Shown piece after piece: positions 34,512-36,126 of a DNA stretch of 36,126 bases (the stretch's first letter is position 1; every line of letters starts with the position of its first letter). The position numbers and the translations under genes are program-made. The stretch is taken from positions 1 through 36,126 of the IMG/VR virus record IMGVR_UViG_3300033405_000047. The stretch is one strand, 5' to 3'. This stretch comes from a virus (taxonomy: Duplodnaviria; Caudoviricetes). Under the pieces are notes generated by a model. The model was not told the DNA's origin. It searched no databases and saw only the letters and a program-made list of their open reading frames with translations.

Positions 34512-34573
34512 GACTCCCTCCGTTTTTACCGCTATGCTTCATCCAGATTTGTGGTATAAAGCGGTAAAATTGT

Positions 34574-34786
34574 TTACGCGGCTTTGCCCCACATTTGTTC
34601 AAACGGGACGCGGACCTTTTTGGCGATGGCTTCTTGGATGCGACGGGAAGGGAAGTGGCCGTCGATGACCCTGCTGACCGCTCCGGACGTTACGCCAAGA
34701 TCGCGGACGATCTCGATTTGCTTGGCCTTGTTTTTGGCTAGCAGGGCTCGAATATCTTCAGGCTTCATGGCTGGTTTCATATCCAC
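34574..34786 (-). CDS. Ner/Cro-like HTH protein
   Basis: P..IRA.L......Q..I...LGV....VS.VI.G...S.RI..AIA motif; first early gene. Confidence 0.85.
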   Translation of the reverse strand: MDMKPAMKPEDIRALLAKNKAKQIEIVRDLGVTSGAVSRVIDGHFPSRRIQEAIAKKVRVPFEQMWGKAA

Positions 34787-34836
34787 CTCTTTTTTTGCCG
34801 GGTTGGTAAAGGTTCTTTGCTCAGTAATCTTAGGTA

Positions 34837-34865
34837 AAAATAATGCTAAAAACGGAGTCTGTCAA
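34837..34865 (-). promoter_or_regulatory. Putative sigma70 early promoter
   Basis: TTGACA-17 nt-TATTTT on the - strand upstream of ner. Confidence 0.65.
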
Positions 34866-35007
34866 TAAAATAATTATTTCGGAGTTTAATTATTTTAATC
34901 TTTGGGTGATGAGGATGATTTATCTTTTAATACAATATGTTATCAAACATCGAAATTTCGGAGTTCAGTTGTGTCCAATTTCGGAGTTATGCTGATGAAC
35001 TCCGAAA
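34851..35007. promoter_or_regulatory. Putative repressor operators (TTTCGGAGTT repeats)
   Basis: Direct copies at 34877, 34956 and 34979; inverted copy at 34998-35007; degenerate copy at 34851. Confidence 0.7.
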
Positions 35008-35510
35008 AAGACATAAATGGTCTGATATCGCGTCTTGAGTTGCTTAAAGGTTCAGAGAAGCCTTATACGTGGGCGGCAAAGATCGGGATTACCCAGGCGA
35101 CATTTAATAGGATGTGGAAAGAGGGGCTCCCTCCAAAAGCGGATACGTTATTGCTTATTTCGGAGAAGTCTGGATGCTCTATTGATTGGCTTTTAACGGG
35201 TAAGGGTGAGATGATGACTGCTGATGCGGGGTATCATCTGGCTGAAGATTTTAAAATGGCCAGTTCCGCTAAGGTAAACGCCGAGGGGTATCATTTGAAG
35301 GCGAAGATATCTCCGCAGACTCTGCCATCAATCGACGATCTTTCCATCTTACTACGTGATATTATCGAAACATATGAGCGCATGAGGTCTGATAGACCTG
35401 CCGAACGAAAGGCTCGCGAGATATCGCTTATATTTACGCATTTTGTGGAACATTTTGCGAAGCATCATGACAATATAGAGATCAAGGAGTATATCGAGGC
35501 GTGGTTTTAA
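34989..35510 (+). CDS. c-like prophage repressor (HTH)
   Basis: WA.KIGI..ATF...W..G..P....L..I....G.S.DWLLTG.G motif; divergent from ner; no S24 peptidase domain seen; start 34989 or 34995. Confidence 0.85.
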   Translation: MLMNSEKDINGLISRLELLKGSEKPYTWAAKIGITQATFNRMWKEGLPPKADTLLLISEKSGCSIDWLLTGKGEMMTADAGYHLAEDFKMASSAKVNAEGYHLKAKISPQTLPSIDDLSILLRDIIETYERMRSDRPAERKAREISLIFTHFVEHFAKHHDNIEIKEYIEAWF

Positions 35511-35522
35511 CTGAAGGAGGAT

Positions 35523-35906
35523 GTGATGAAGTCTATTCTACTTATTATCGGACTTTTTATCCTGCTTTTAACCGGGTGTAAAGAGGCACGCGTCGAGCGG
35601 GAGAAGTTTGAAAACGATGCCGTTAAGTCTGTTCAGGAAGCTGATAGCATCGAACCTGGTATATCTTGCGGTAATTATATAATATTTTTGTTGCAGACTC
35701 TGAAAGCTTCTGGTCATCATATTAAAGTTAATGGCTGGCTTCCATATAAAGAGGCTGACCATACTGTAGTTATTCTTCAGATCGAGGATAATGCTGATAA
35801 AAGAGAGTTTAAATGGCACATCGAGGACGGTATGGTTTTTCCTGCGAACGATCTCGCAGCGGCCGTGATGAAAAATCAGAAAGCAAAGTTTTCAAGCGGT
35901 AAATGA
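35523..35906 (+). CDS. Lipoprotein (lysogeny-expressed moron)
   Basis: MKSILLIIGLFILLLTGC lipobox; AAGGAGG SD; AT-rich; follows the repressor. Confidence 0.8.
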   Translation: MMKSILLIIGLFILLLTGCKEARVEREKFENDAVKSVQEADSIEPGISCGNYIIFLLQTLKASGHHIKVNGWLPYKEADHTVVILQIEDNADKREFKWHIEDGMVFPANDLAAAVMKNQKAKFSSGK

Positions 35907-35916
35907 ATTTCATAAA

Positions 35917-35970
35917 CCATCTGTCCGACCGGCCGATTTAGGAAAATCCCATCTGTCCGACGGCCGATTT
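35917..35970. repeat. 22-23 bp direct repeat near the presumed phage end
   Basis: ccatctgtccgac(c)ggccgattt at 35917-35939 and 35949-35970. Confidence 0.75.
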
Positions 35971-36126
35971 TTGACCAGGCCATCCACACGACTCAAAGCC
36001 GCATCGAATAAGCGATCCCACGATATTCCATCACATCCCGGCATATCCCGCATATTTCGTGCACCATGTGTCTGGTCACAGTTTATGTAGCACATATGTA
36101 GCAAACGAACTGCTGAAGGCATATTC

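Larger units (their letters stand above)
1..36126 (-). mobile_element. Mu-like transposable prophage (contractile tail), left part truncated by the window
   Basis: DDE transposase and AAA+ B gene next to a divergent repressor; gemA/mor; Mu-order terminase, portal, F, G, I, head, gp36-gp48 tail genes. Exact ends not identified. Confidence 0.95.

Noticed and set aside
35910-36122. 70 aa - strand ORF at the right edge
   Set aside because: It overlaps direct repeats and has no motif; the region is more likely noncoding phage end sequence.
1-36126. tRNA/rRNA genes and a firm host assignment
   Set aside because: No RNA gene was recognised. A deltaproteobacterial (Geobacter-like) host is only an impression from composition and repeat style, with no host marker gene in the window.

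Overview
Almost the whole window is a Mu-like transposable prophage with a contractile tail. It is transcribed mainly on the - strand and is truncated at the left edge inside a tail-fibre-position gene. From right to left: lipoprotein and c-like repressor (+ strand); operator/early promoter; ner-like gene; DDE transposase A; AAA+ ATPase B; small accessory genes including a DUF3164 gene with a nonsense codon; gemA; mor/C activator; an extended lysis cassette; terminase; a portal-gpF fusion; gpG; protease/scaffold; a lambda-type decoration and major capsid pair; and Mu gp36-gp48-type neck, tail and baseplate genes. Two things stand out. (1) Several genes in structural positions encode N-terminal export-like leaders. 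These are a >670 aa collagen-containing fibre missed by the ORF track, a 160 aa protein right after the capsid gene, and the major capsid protein itself. The first two carry many N-X-S/T sequons and Cys pairs, suggesting virion parts that may be exported and modified in the periplasm. (2) The genome is densely colonised by short palindromic or tandem repeats: 11 copies of a 33-bp covarying palindrome, 5 heptamer arrays and three smaller types. They sit at gene junctions and are sometimes translated in frame. All family assignments come from motif recognition and synteny; no database search was run.
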